Source of the DNA: Schmidtea polychroa
Lineage: Eukaryota
DNA length: 64,000 bases
Assembly (NCBI GenBank): GCA_044892525.1
Contig: CM097885.1
Coordinates: 46,066,001 to 46,130,000 of the forward strand
Reading direction: 5' to 3'
The notes below the pieces were generated by a model, which worked only from the letters and a program-made list of their open reading frames with translations, was not told the origin of the DNA and did no database searches. Shown here piece after piece: positions 25,667 to 36,400 of the stretch; position 1 is the first letter of the stretch, and each line of letters opens with the position of its first letter. Made by a program: the position numbers and the translations under genes.

Positions 25667-26335
25667 TTATGAATTGTTAACCATTGATGCTTCTGCTGGC
25701 GGCTGTTGGTTGGTTTGGGTATTGATGTTGAGATAGGTCTGACTATTAGATTTCGGCTGGATTGGTTGATTACTCGGGGTTCGAGGTTGGAATGGGGTTG
25801 GGTTAAGATTTGTCAGGGGCACTTCTTGAGGATTTTGGTTCGAGGTTACTCTTATTGATGTCGAGACTCTACATCTATTTCGAATTTCGTAAATTTTCAT
25901 GAATATTGGTAGACATAGGAGGAGGGTTTCTGCGATCACCACATATATGAGATAATGGGTGTCATTGATCTCGGGAGGTGTTTTTGGCTTTTCTACAAGA
26001 TTTTCAAAATCCTCTTGTTGCATTTGTTGTTCCAACTGGTCGATCTGTTGGCTTTGTTCGAAGATTTGTTTGTTTATCATTTTACAAATGGGATTCCTTT
26101 TACACATTGTTTGGATGTTGTTGATGTGTGATCGGGTTGATTGAATGGTTTGGATGATATGGGTTTTTACGGTCATCGGGTATGTGCATTGACTGGATTC
26201 TTGTTTAGGTTCTTGATTTTGATTTCGGTAATCTCGTACGATTTTCGGTTGGGCGTCTATTTGTTTGCTCTCCATCAGAATCCTCAATACCATCATTGTT
26301 ATCATCATCTCGCCTCGCATGATACTATTATACAT
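25667..26335 (-). CDS. Accessory ORF: probable single-pass membrane protein with coiled coil
   Basis: Hydrophobic N-terminus, CxxxxxC, TM segment YLIYVVIAETLLLCLPIFM, and a P/Q/N-rich tail. Confidence 0.65.
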   Translation of the reverse strand: MYNSIMRGEMMITMMVLRILMESKQIDAQPKIVRDYRNQNQEPKQESSQCTYPMTVKTHIIQTIQSTRSHINNIQTMCKRNPICKMINKQIFEQSQQIDQLEQQMQQEDFENLVEKPKTPPEINDTHYLIYVVIAETLLLCLPIFMKIYEIRNRCRVSTSIRVTSNQNPQEVPLTNLNPTPFQPRTPSNQPIQPKSNSQTYLNINTQTNQQPPAEASMVNNS

Positions 26336-26375
26336 TCATTATGTTTATTTACAATTGGTTTTAATGACCCTTAAT

Positions 26376-27128
26376 TTAATGGTTCTGATTTGGATTATTT
26401 TCGCCGATTCTCATCAAGGTGGACTCTGCTTTAATTACCCTGTGTCTTAACTCGGGCAGCATTTCCAATTGTCGGTCTTTTTCACGGGCTTCTCTCTTTA
26501 GATGTCTAATTTCTTTTTCCAAGCGTCTAATTTCTTCCCTTTTCTTTTCAAGGTTTCTTTTTAGCTCGATTTGTAGGAGATCTTGTTCGTTTTCTTGCAG
26601 GTAATTTTGTTGTTGATGTTTTCTTTCTATTTCTCTATATTTGCGGACCCACTTCCTCATTTCTTTACTTTCCCGTTGGTTTTCTTCTAGTTGTCGTTTT
26701 AATTTATTTATAGCTGTTTGGCGCTCCTTCGCCTCAGTTTTCCAGTAGTCTTGGATTACCTCCTTTGCTTTGAAGCTTGCCCTCTCTTTCCATAGTTCTT
26801 CCGCTATCTTTTCCCAGTTTTTCCCTCGCTTCCTTTGTTCGTGTAGCCATTCATTTTCCTCTTCCGTTTCTCTTTTTATTTCCCCCAACGCTTCGCACTC
26901 TTTCTTTAACACCTTTATCATTTTCCGGTCCTCTAGGTATTTGTTTATTAATCTCCCGTTTTCGTATTTCTCTTCCCGTAACTCGGCCTTTAGCGTTTGT
27001 GTTTCTGTTGTTTCTGCCTCAATCTCTCCCTCTTCTACGTCGCTCATAATTTCTATCATTTCCTCGATTTTCATATCTATAATATGTACAGTTAATGGTG
27101 CGCTATAGTGCGACTTATACGTATACAT
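26376..27128 (-). CDS. Accessory coiled-coil protein (likely start M19 at 27074)
   Basis: E/K/R-rich heptad-like sequence with the same codon bias as the other element ORFs. Confidence 0.7.
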   Translation of the reverse strand: MYTYKSHYSAPLTVHIIDMKIEEMIEIMSDVEEGEIEAETTETQTLKAELREEKYENGRLINKYLEDRKMIKVLKKECEALGEIKRETEEENEWLHEQRKRGKNWEKIAEELWKERASFKAKEVIQDYWKTEAKERQTAINKLKRQLEENQRESKEMRKWVRKYREIERKHQQQNYLQENEQDLLQIELKRNLEKKREEIRRLEKEIRHLKREAREKDRQLEMLPELRHRVIKAESTLMRIGENNPNQNH

Positions 27129-27246
27129 TGATATAAAATTTAATAGTTTGGGTTACAGTCCCTTGAATACTTTTACAATACTTTAATTTTTTTTGTTTGG
27201 GATATACGTCCCGGTTTTTAGTTTTTTTTCATCTTTTCATCCACCC

Positions 27247-28356
27247 TCATACGAAGGTTTCCTCCTGGCCTACATAACCTTCATCACTATCGACCGCGGA
27301 ATGTAACTGTATCGCAATAGGGTCGTATGGTAGGTAATATTGGGGAATTTGAGCTCTCAATTCACTAACTTCGTCTCTTAGAGCTCGAGTGATATTCAAT
27401 TCCTCGTCGAGCAGATAGGTGAGATACCTTGTCTCTTCATCTTGCGCCTCTATCTGTTTGTCTAGGGCCTTGATTTTCTCGTCGCCCTTCCATTTTTCAA
27501 TTTCTATTTCTAAGTTTTTAATATTTTCGGTGTACATTTTCCTTTCGTTTTCTAATTTTCTGTTTTTTCCCGCTAGGACCATGTTTCTTTGTTCCAGCGA
27601 TCCTTGTAATCCATTAAGGTCTCTTTTCATCTCTTCTACCTGATTTACTAATTCCACAACCCGTCCCGCTTGTTGGGTTATCATCTCTTCCATTGCGGCA
27701 TTCTCGTGCTCTCTTATGTCGCACTTCATTGCCAAATGTCGCTCAAACTCCATAGCCTTTGTTTGCCAGGTTTGGCTTCGGGCGGCGACCTTTCTCAACC
27801 TTTTCAATTCTTCCTTTATTATTAAATTCTCTTCCCATTTACCTTGTTCGCTTTCATATCCGAGTCTCATGGGCAATTCTTTCATCTCTTTTTTCATTTC
27901 TCTGTTTTGTCTTTTCCATTTCCTCGCTTCTGCCACTAAGTGCATCATTTTCCTGTCTTCTATTTGTTTTTCCGCTTCGCGCTTGGTGTTCTCATCGGTA
28001 AGTCTCTTTCTCGCTTCCTGCACTAGCTGCTTTAAGTAGTGGCTGTGTGCTTCTTGGCGGGTATTTTCTAGTGACGCCCATTTTGATGCTCTTTTGCATG
28101 CTTCTGCTTCCGCTCTTAAGTTGTGTATTAACCATTGGTATTGACTATTCTCATCTTCTCTAGTTTCTTCGATGTGATTTCGGGTGAGATTAGTTAGTTG
28201 GAACATTACTTTGTTCCATTTTTTGTTATGTTCTCGGGGAATTTGTGTCTTGTTGACATTGGTTGGGGCTATCGCAGTTTCGGTTATTTTCTCTTGTGTC
28301 ATCTCTAAATCATAGACATCGATTAATCTTTTTATTATGAAAAAGAATTTATTCAT
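27247..28356 (-). CDS. Accessory coiled-coil protein (likely start M19 at 28302)
   Basis: 369-codon open frame, predominantly helical and charged. Confidence 0.7.
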   Translation of the reverse strand: MNKFFFIIKRLIDVYDLEMTQEKITETAIAPTNVNKTQIPREHNKKWNKVMFQLTNLTRNHIEETREDENSQYQWLIHNLRAEAEACKRASKWASLENTRQEAHSHYLKQLVQEARKRLTDENTKREAEKQIEDRKMMHLVAEARKWKRQNREMKKEMKELPMRLGYESEQGKWEENLIIKEELKRLRKVAARSQTWQTKAMEFERHLAMKCDIREHENAAMEEMITQQAGRVVELVNQVEEMKRDLNGLQGSLEQRNMVLAGKNRKLENERKMYTENIKNLEIEIEKWKGDEKIKALDKQIEAQDEETRYLTYLLDEELNITRALRDEVSELRAQIPQYYLPYDPIAIQLHSAVDSDEGYVGQEETFV

Positions 28357-28494
28357 TATTTACTGTTTCTTGGGAAATTTTCGCATCATTTTTGGGTTTT
28401 CGTATTTAGGGTTTTCATACTATTATTATATAATATTTTATTGGTTATATACACCGATATATACAGATTATTATATACAACATTATTCGATTGG

Positions 28495-29883
28495 TTACTC
28501 CGTTCTACCCTTCTCCTCTTTCCTCACGGTCATCTTGATATATATGGTATCATTTCTCGCCATATCTTCTACTCTTTGTTGTGAGATGAACGTAGGTGCT
28601 CCTGTTGCTGATCCTTCTTCGTTGAGGGGCCTCTGGTAAGCTATTTGATTCCCCGTTGTTTTGAAGCTTTGCTCATGTATACTTTGGTTGTTCATCAGAG
28701 TAATATCGATTTTTGCCTGGAACGGCCATTCTAATATTTCGTCGTATTCTCCTTTACATAACAGAAAGAAAATCGAAAAGTGCGTGTTTAATCCGGTTCC
28801 GTCCCCGTTGGGATATATCTTCATTTTCATTTTGTACCCATTTTTCCAAGAGTGGAATGTAGGACTTGTTATTCTTGTCTCTTCTCCGGTTTTTGCTTTT
28901 CGTATTCTTTCTTTTACTCCCGTTATTTTCCATATGTAGGGTGCTGTTGGGGTTATCTCATTTAGATTTATTTCCCGTATTTTCTGATGTAGCTCCTTGG
29001 CCTGATTATTACTGATTTCTGTTCGGTTTATTTGCATCTTTAGGTTTGCTCGGGCTTCTTCGAACGCTTTCCTTTCTTCTAGTAGTTCTTTGACTAACAC
29101 TTTCAACGATGTTATCTCTATCTCCATTTGTTTTACTTTCTCTTCGCTTTCTTGTAACGCAGTCGACCACATTTCTGCGTGAGTTGAAGCATTTTCTACT
29201 AAATGATGTGGTAACTCACCTCGGTGTAGTAATTTCTGACAACCCCATCTACCTAGTACACATGTCATTCTTTTCTTTTCGCATTCCCTTAGATGCTGTG
29301 CCACCTTCATTATTTCCCCTTGGTTACATCCGTTTGGGCATTCCCCACTGAACTCCGCACATACTCTCTCCTCTTGGACATTGTGATGTTTGAGGGTGAG
29401 ATTTATCCACGTATCTATTTCTCCACAGTGTTCACATCTTTCTAATCTCTCTTCACACTGCTTTTGATGTTCTTTTTCTTCGCTTGCTCGAATGGTTTTA
29501 TGGCATCTTTCACACTGGCCAATTCTGTACATACATTCTCCCATATGTTGTACTACCTTCCATATTACTCCTTTCCATTCGCATGGGGCATTTTTGCATC
29601 CCAGGTTGGTGTTTAACACGTCTTTCACTGCGGCTTTATCCTCGTTAGTGTCTTCTAAACTCGATATTAGTGTCTCTTTACACACCGGGCACCTCTGTGG
29701 TCTATTCTTTATTGCTTCACTGATACATTCTTTACATACTCTGCATCCACATTGCGTTTGGTGAGGTTCCTTTAACAACTTTTCACATATTCCGCACATA
29801 ACATGTTTGTGTATTCTGATCGTTGTAGATTTTCGGACTTGCTCGACAATCTCTCTGAACTCTTCTCTTTGTCGTTTATCCAT
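28495..29883 (-). CDS. Intronless TRAF-family protein (RING - TRAF zinc fingers - coiled coil - MATH/TRAF-C)
   Basis: CGICEKLLKEPHQTQCGCRVCKEC...CPVC; CKNAPCEWKG...HMGEC; YIWKITGV...SPTFHSWKNGYKMKMKIYPNGDGTGLNTHFSIFFLLCKGEYDEILEWPF. Confidence 0.93.
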   Translation of the reverse strand: MDKRQREEFREIVEQVRKSTTIRIHKHVMCGICEKLLKEPHQTQCGCRVCKECISEAIKNRPQRCPVCKETLISSLEDTNEDKAAVKDVLNTNLGCKNAPCEWKGVIWKVVQHMGECMYRIGQCERCHKTIRASEEKEHQKQCEERLERCEHCGEIDTWINLTLKHHNVQEERVCAEFSGECPNGCNQGEIMKVAQHLRECEKKRMTCVLGRWGCQKLLHRGELPHHLVENASTHAEMWSTALQESEEKVKQMEIEITSLKVLVKELLEERKAFEEARANLKMQINRTEISNNQAKELHQKIREINLNEITPTAPYIWKITGVKERIRKAKTGEETRITSPTFHSWKNGYKMKMKIYPNGDGTGLNTHFSIFFLLCKGEYDEILEWPFQAKIDITLMNNQSIHEQSFKTTGNQIAYQRPLNEEGSATGAPTFISQQRVEDMARNDTIYIKMTVRKEEKGRTE

Positions 29884-29968
29884 TCTATAATTATATGTAC
29901 AAATAGTTCTTATCGATACAGGTTCGATATTTTATTTACAATTATTTACATTTTAAGCTAGGTTTGGT

Positions 29969-30328
29969 TTAGGGTTCGGAAGAGTCGGCTTCGTGCCCGC
30001 TCTCCTCTCTATTCATTAGCCATTCCGACCAGTCTTCTATTTCTGTCTGTTCTGCTTCCTCCCTCATTCGGTCTATTTCAATTTCCTGTCGACGGCTATA
30101 TTGGGTTATCCTCTCTATCTCTCTTTGCATTTGTTCGATTTTTAACCTCTGGTCTTCAATTATCTTCAAATAACTAAATCCTCTGTTCATACTCTCGATC
30201 AGGTTTCTGTGCATCGTCAGTCCTTGTTCTTGCAAATTGGACACTAATTGTGCTAATACGGCACATTGTTGCTTCCATAATTCTTCAGTTACTGTATTGT
30301 GGTTCATTTCGTTATTTCCTTGATCCAT
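29969..30328 (-). CDS. Small accessory coiled-coil protein (119 aa)
   Basis: Open frame with heptad pattern, flanked by the same intergenic signals as its neighbours. Confidence 0.6.
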   Translation of the reverse strand: MDQGNNEMNHNTVTEELWKQQCAVLAQLVSNLQEQGLTMHRNLIESMNRGFSYLKIIEDQRLKIEQMQREIERITQYSRRQEIEIDRMREEAEQTEIEDWSEWLMNREESGHEADSSEP

Positions 30329-30488
30329 TCCTAATTTATATACACTTTTCAGCTCTTATGTAAATTTAATTTTATTTTATGATTCCCGTTATTGTATAAT
30401 ATTGATACCGCGCTTATATAAAGATATAGTACTGTTATATACATAAGATATACTTACTTTTTACAATTATATACAGTCATATTCCTTT

Positions 30489-33400
30489 CTATATACGTGA
30501 GTTTGGAGGGCGCTGAGCGTTCCAGGCCTCCACCCACTGTTCTTGTTTGATATTACTTGGTCGTTTCACTCGATGTTGGAAATTTCTGATTCGAGTCATC
30601 TCTAGTTCTCCGCGATGTCGTTTATCCTTAATTATTTTTATTGTTCCCCCCGTTATGATTAGGAATGCCCCTGTTATTATTATCCCACTGATCCACATCA
30701 TCTGCTTCACGCTTATACTCTCTGGTTTTTCCTGGTTTGTTAATGTTGATATTGCTTCTGTACTTTTCTCGTTCCCTCTTTTGCCGTTTCCTTTCATCCT
30801 TTCCCGTATTCTTGCTATTTCCTCGTTCATACCCTCCTTTGCCATCTTCTGTATTTTTTCCATCTCTTCTTCCGAAACATAGTTGTCCTGAGCTTCCTCA
30901 CCAGTTTTCTTGTGCTTTCCTCCTTCGTTCTTTTCGTCGTGGTTCTTTCTTTTCTTTCCTCTTTTCCCCGGGTATCGTCGGCATTCTCTTTTTGATTCAT
31001 TCCTCCAGATACAAACCGTGTATTCTTTCGGCGGCTGCTGCTGCGTCACATATTGATGGCATCTCTCACCTGGTCCTAATCTTGAAATACAGACTTTGTG
31101 CTCTTTTCTAGGTTGGATCTGCGTTATTACTACTTCACCACCTTTTCCTAGGTGTACCTCTTTTCCTTTGACGTTCGTTATTCTCTTCCCGTCTCGATTT
31201 CGGTATGCTTCTTGTATTCTTACTTCTGTTATTGGTTCTGTGTCCTCATTTATCAGTACTAGTTTCTGATACGCTCTAGACATGCATCTTCCTAGTATGC
31301 ACCTTTCCTTTAAGTCCCATTCTTCCTTTAAATCCCACTGCTGCTCTTGTGCTTGCTTTCTCTTTTCTTGTTTTAGTTCATCCTCTTTGCTATCTTGATT
31401 CTCCGCTTCTTTGGTTTCTTTTATCGTTCTCGTCCCTCCCTGAGCTGTTACTAACTCTATCATGGTAAGCATAATTATCATTAATATCATATTTGTCTCT
31501 ATTTCTTTGTTAGTGAAAGGTAGGCATACCCTCTGTTTTCCATTATTCGATTTTTCCTCCTCTTTGGTCTTGGTTCTCGGGCTGTTTCCCTCTCTTTTCG
31601 TATCCGAATCCTTGTTTTCTGGTTTACCCTCCTCCGGTTCTCTTTTCTCTTTATCCTCCTTGCGGTCTTTTCCGTTATTGTCATCGTGTTTATCTCCCTC
31701 GCTGTCATTTAAAATGTCGTCCTCGACATTTATATCGTTCAATAATCTGCGATATGCTGTTAGCACTCTGTTTCTTGCTAATTTTGCTTCGAATTCAAAC
31801 TCTTTTCTACCCGTTGCAGCATGTCTCTTTCTATTCCATTCTTTAACTAACTCTCTCAATTGCATACGACGATGTTTCCCAATTCGTTGTTGCTCGTTCT
31901 GATTTTGCGTGAATTTTAGGTCTTCTCTATTTAATACTATTAAAATAATTTTAGGCGTCCCCCCCTTAGTTAGGGTATTCTTTACCATCGCATTTTCTCC
32001 GTTTTCGTAGAATTCGTTTACATTTATCGCATATTTATTATTTTGTGGTACTCTCCAGGTTAATAATAATTTCATTGCTTCTAGATTTTTCCGTACCGTA
32101 TTCCATTGAAACTGAGATGTGTTTTTGCACATATTTTCAACTTCTTCTTTTGTCGCATTTTTGCAAATAAATCTGATCATTTCTAAGTTTGGCTGTATGG
32201 TTGCCCAGTCCAAGGTGGAATTTCCTTCATTGGACCTTTCGTCTAGTTTCGATCCTGATTGATGTAGGATGTGGAGTGTTTTTGGGTGTATTTTCGTTAT
32301 AGCTGCATACATCATGGCGGTTTCACCTTGTTCATTTTTCGTGTTGGTTTCCTCGCCCATCTCTCCAAGGATTCTCACGATCGTTATTGCTCTATTTTCT
32401 TTCGCCGCTAGTATTGCTTGTTGTAGGGGTGTTCTGGAATCCTTCGTTACCATCGTAAATGCTCGAGGCAAGAAGGTTTTGATTTTCCCGATATCTAAAT
32501 CCGTGGTTTGATCTCTTGCGTATGTGTGTACGGCTTTTATTATTTTTGACAATATTATTTCGTCTGGCAGCTCTAGCATTTCCTCAAAGAACACTTCTTT
32601 TGCTTTGCGTATTATTGCCTCTTGATCTATACTCATTGATTTGGTTTCGATGACGTTGTTTGTGACCGTTTGGTTCGTTGTTGACTTTGATTCCCTGGAT
32701 TTCTCATACCTTATTTTCGTTTTCTTTCCGTTTGGATTATTGATTCGTTCCTCTGCTGTAAGTATTTGGATAATATCCATGTAATTCTCGCGGATGTTAT
32801 TCATCGTGTCCATCATATATAATACACTTACTGTTTCCCAATATTTATGTCGTACTTGGTTAGTAAATTGGAATAGTGATTTTTCGAATGTGTCGATTCG
32901 CTTTTTTGTTAACTGTTCGTCTTTGTGATTTGTGAATTTTATCCCTCGTTCCAGTAATTGATTCGGGATTTCGAATAAATGATGTCCTTTCATAGCTTCT
33001 CTCATCAGCGTGTTCTCTCCTCTCGTGAACGCTTCGTTTACGTTGATCATATAATCGTTTCGAATTGGATTTCTCCATGTAATTAATATTCCGGTAATTG
33101 TCGTCAGTTTTTCTTTGATCGCTGTTAGCAATCCATCATACATGTTTCCGACTTCCCGATTGTCCTCATATGATAGTAGTTCCATCAATGACGTGAACGC
33201 CTCGGTACTTCTCCCTCTGATAGCATGATGTAGAGCGTTTTTCCGCTCGTGGTCTTGTGTAGTTATTTTCGATCCGGTATCGAGTAATGCGGTTATGATG
33301 TCTTTTGTTTTGCCTCTGTTTGCGGCTATCATTAATGGTGTGTAACCTTGGTTGTTTGTTTGTTCTGTTGATCGCTTGCAGTCGTGAAATGCTTCTATTG

Positions 33401-36400
33401 TTTCTAGTATTTGCTCGTTGTTACCTACTTTCATGAGTTTGTGTAATGGTGTGTCTCCGTAATGATCTGTTATTGTAAATAATATTGGCCATTGGCTTTT
33501 GACTACTCGCAATAATGGGTGTGTCCTTTCTCTATTTGCATAGTTCTCGATCATCGTCAATAATCCTCCTAATATTTCGAAATCTAATCGATCTTTTGCC
33601 CATCCAGGTATTTTAATTTTTACCTCCTTTACAATCTTTTCCGCTTCTGATGGTTGGATACCTAATCGTCCAGTGATCGGTTCTGCGAGTTGCTGCATCA
33701 TGTTCATTCGGTAGGTTTGCGAACGTGTGGTTAATGTACGGCCTTCTGGTTGACTAGTGGCTGTTTTTGGGATTGATTTGCATCGTGCCACGTTTACGTA
33801 TATTGGTCTGGTAAAGGGGTTATTTACCAATTTCACTCTTACATTAGTTTCGCCTACGAATAAGATCTCATATGGTCCTTTTCCGTTGCGTTGTAACTTT
33901 TTTGTGGTTCCTGGAATTAATTCCGGGGTTTCTATCATTACCCAATCACCTGTTTGGAACGTATGTTGCTTCACGTTTTTCTTTCGATCGTGTAAATCTT
34001 TATAACTTTCCTGGTAGAACTTGATATTTAATCCCGCAGTTTCCCAAATTTCTTGCATTCTTTCCTTGAATTTCGTAACATAATCATCGATCTCCATATA
34101 CTGCGATATCGGTGGTTGGTATTCCAGGTCCATTGGCATGTTACATTCTCTTCCGTACATTAATTTGAATGGGCTCATTTTCGTTGATGCGTGAATCGAC
34201 ATTCTGTACGCCATAAGACATAGGTTTATATATTCGTCCCAATCTCGTTGGTGACGGTCAACGTAGTTTGATAACATTTGTATAAGTGTTCCATTAAATC
34301 TTTCCGTCATCCCATTGGTTTGAGGGTGGTATGGAGATGTTCTTAGTTTTGCTATTTTGAAGTAATTTGTTACTTCGCTCATTATCTCACTCATAAAATT
34401 AGTTCCCTGATCGGTTAAGATTTGTTTTGGTGTTCCATATCGGCAACATATCTCTTCTACCAAAATTTTTGCGATTGTTTTAGCTTTTTGGTCTGGCATC
34501 GCGAATGCTTCTGGGAATTTCGTAAGAAAGTCTGTGATCACTAGAATGTAAACGTTTCCTTTATCTGACTCTGGTAGTGGACCAACTACGTCCATGGATA
34601 TCATTGTCATTGGTTCTATTGGTACTGGCATTGGTGTTAAAGGTGCTTTCCATTTCGATCCAGTATTCTTCCTGGTTGCACAAGTTAGACAATTTTTTAC
34701 CCATTCGGTTACATCTTCAGTTAACGTAGGCCAAAAATATTTCTGTTTCATTCTTGCTAACGTCTTTTTCGATGACATATGTCCTCCCAATCTCCCATCG
34801 TGATATTGCGTTAGTAACTCTTTTCGTCGGTTTTCCGGTATACACATTAATCGTTTTTCCCCATCCATTATCAGCAACCAATCTTTCTCTATAATATATC
34901 GGTGTCGGTGTTTATCCATATGTTCTTTTAATTTTTGGTCTTTCGCATATACCTCTGTCTTTCCGGTTTTTACATAATCGATAATTTGTTTTAATTCCGC
35001 GTCCTCTTGTTGGTCCTTTCGTAATTGACAGAAATCCAAATCTTCCGCTACTATTAAGCATATGCGTTGCATTTCTGAATCCACCAAATCTGGGAAAATA
35101 AATCTTGACATACAATCGGCGTTGGCATTTGCTCTTCCCGCTTTGAATTTTATAAATGGGGAGTATTCTTGCAATTGCATGGCCCATCGCATCAGTCTAC
35201 TGGACGCTTCTTTATGTTGCCCTAACCACACTAATGGTTGATGATCCGTGGTTATGCATATCTCATGTCCCCATAGTAAATATCGGAAGTGTTTGATAGC
35301 TTGTATTATAGCCAATGCTTCTCGTTCTGTTACCGAATAGTTCTTTTCGTGCTTTTTGAATGTTCGACTGTAATACCCGATTACTCTCTCTTTTCCCTCA
35401 TCGTCTAATTGTCCCAGAATCGCGCCTGCCGCGTACCCGCTTGCATCCGTTGCCAATAGAAATGGCTTCTTAAAATCTGGGTGTACGAGGATAGGTGCTT
35501 CGATTAGTTTGTCTCTCAGCGTTTCGAACGCCTGTTGTTGTTCTTTTTCCCAAATGAACGAAATATCCTTCTTTACTAATTCCTGGATTGGTTTTGCAAT
35601 TCCTGCATAATTTTTGATAAATTTGCGATAGTATCCGCATAATCCTAGAAATTCCTGAACTTGGGTGACAGTTTTCGGTGCTGGACATGTTTTTATTTTC
35701 TCAATGTTTCTTGGATCTGGCTCCTTTCCTTTAGCTGACACTATGTGTCCTAAAAACGTGACTTTTTCCTTTGCCCAATCGCATTTTGATGGTTTGAGTT
35801 TGAGTTTCCACTGTCTTAATCTAATAAATACGTTTCGGATATCTTCCAGATGTTGTTCAAATGTCGCTGAATAGATTAGTAAATCATCAATATATACCAT
35901 ACATTGTTTGATTCCATGGGTGACAAAGTTCATACACCGTTGAAATGATGCTGGTGCGTTGGTCAGTCCAAATGGCATTTTCCTGAATTGATATAGATCT
36001 CGTCCCAACGTGAAAGCTGTTTTCTCTTTGTCCTCATCTTTGACTTTAATCTGCCAGTATCCACTTTTTAGATCTAAAGAAGTAAAATATGCTGCCCCTT
36101 GCAACATCAATAACATCTCATTGATGTCCGGCAATGGGTAGGTATCTCTCTTGGTCACTGCGTTTAACTTCCGATAATCGATACAGAATCGTTGGGTGCC
36201 ATCTTTCTTTTTCACCATGACCACTGGGAATTGCCAGGGTGAGCAACTTGGTTCGATTACTTTTGCGTCTAGCATCTTTTGTACTTCTGTTTCGGCTATT
36301 TCTTTCTGCATTTCTGCTAGCTTGTATGGTCTCAATGCAATTGGGGTTTCGTCTATGAGTGGTATTGCATGTAAGGTAACATCACATGTACCCAAGTCTA

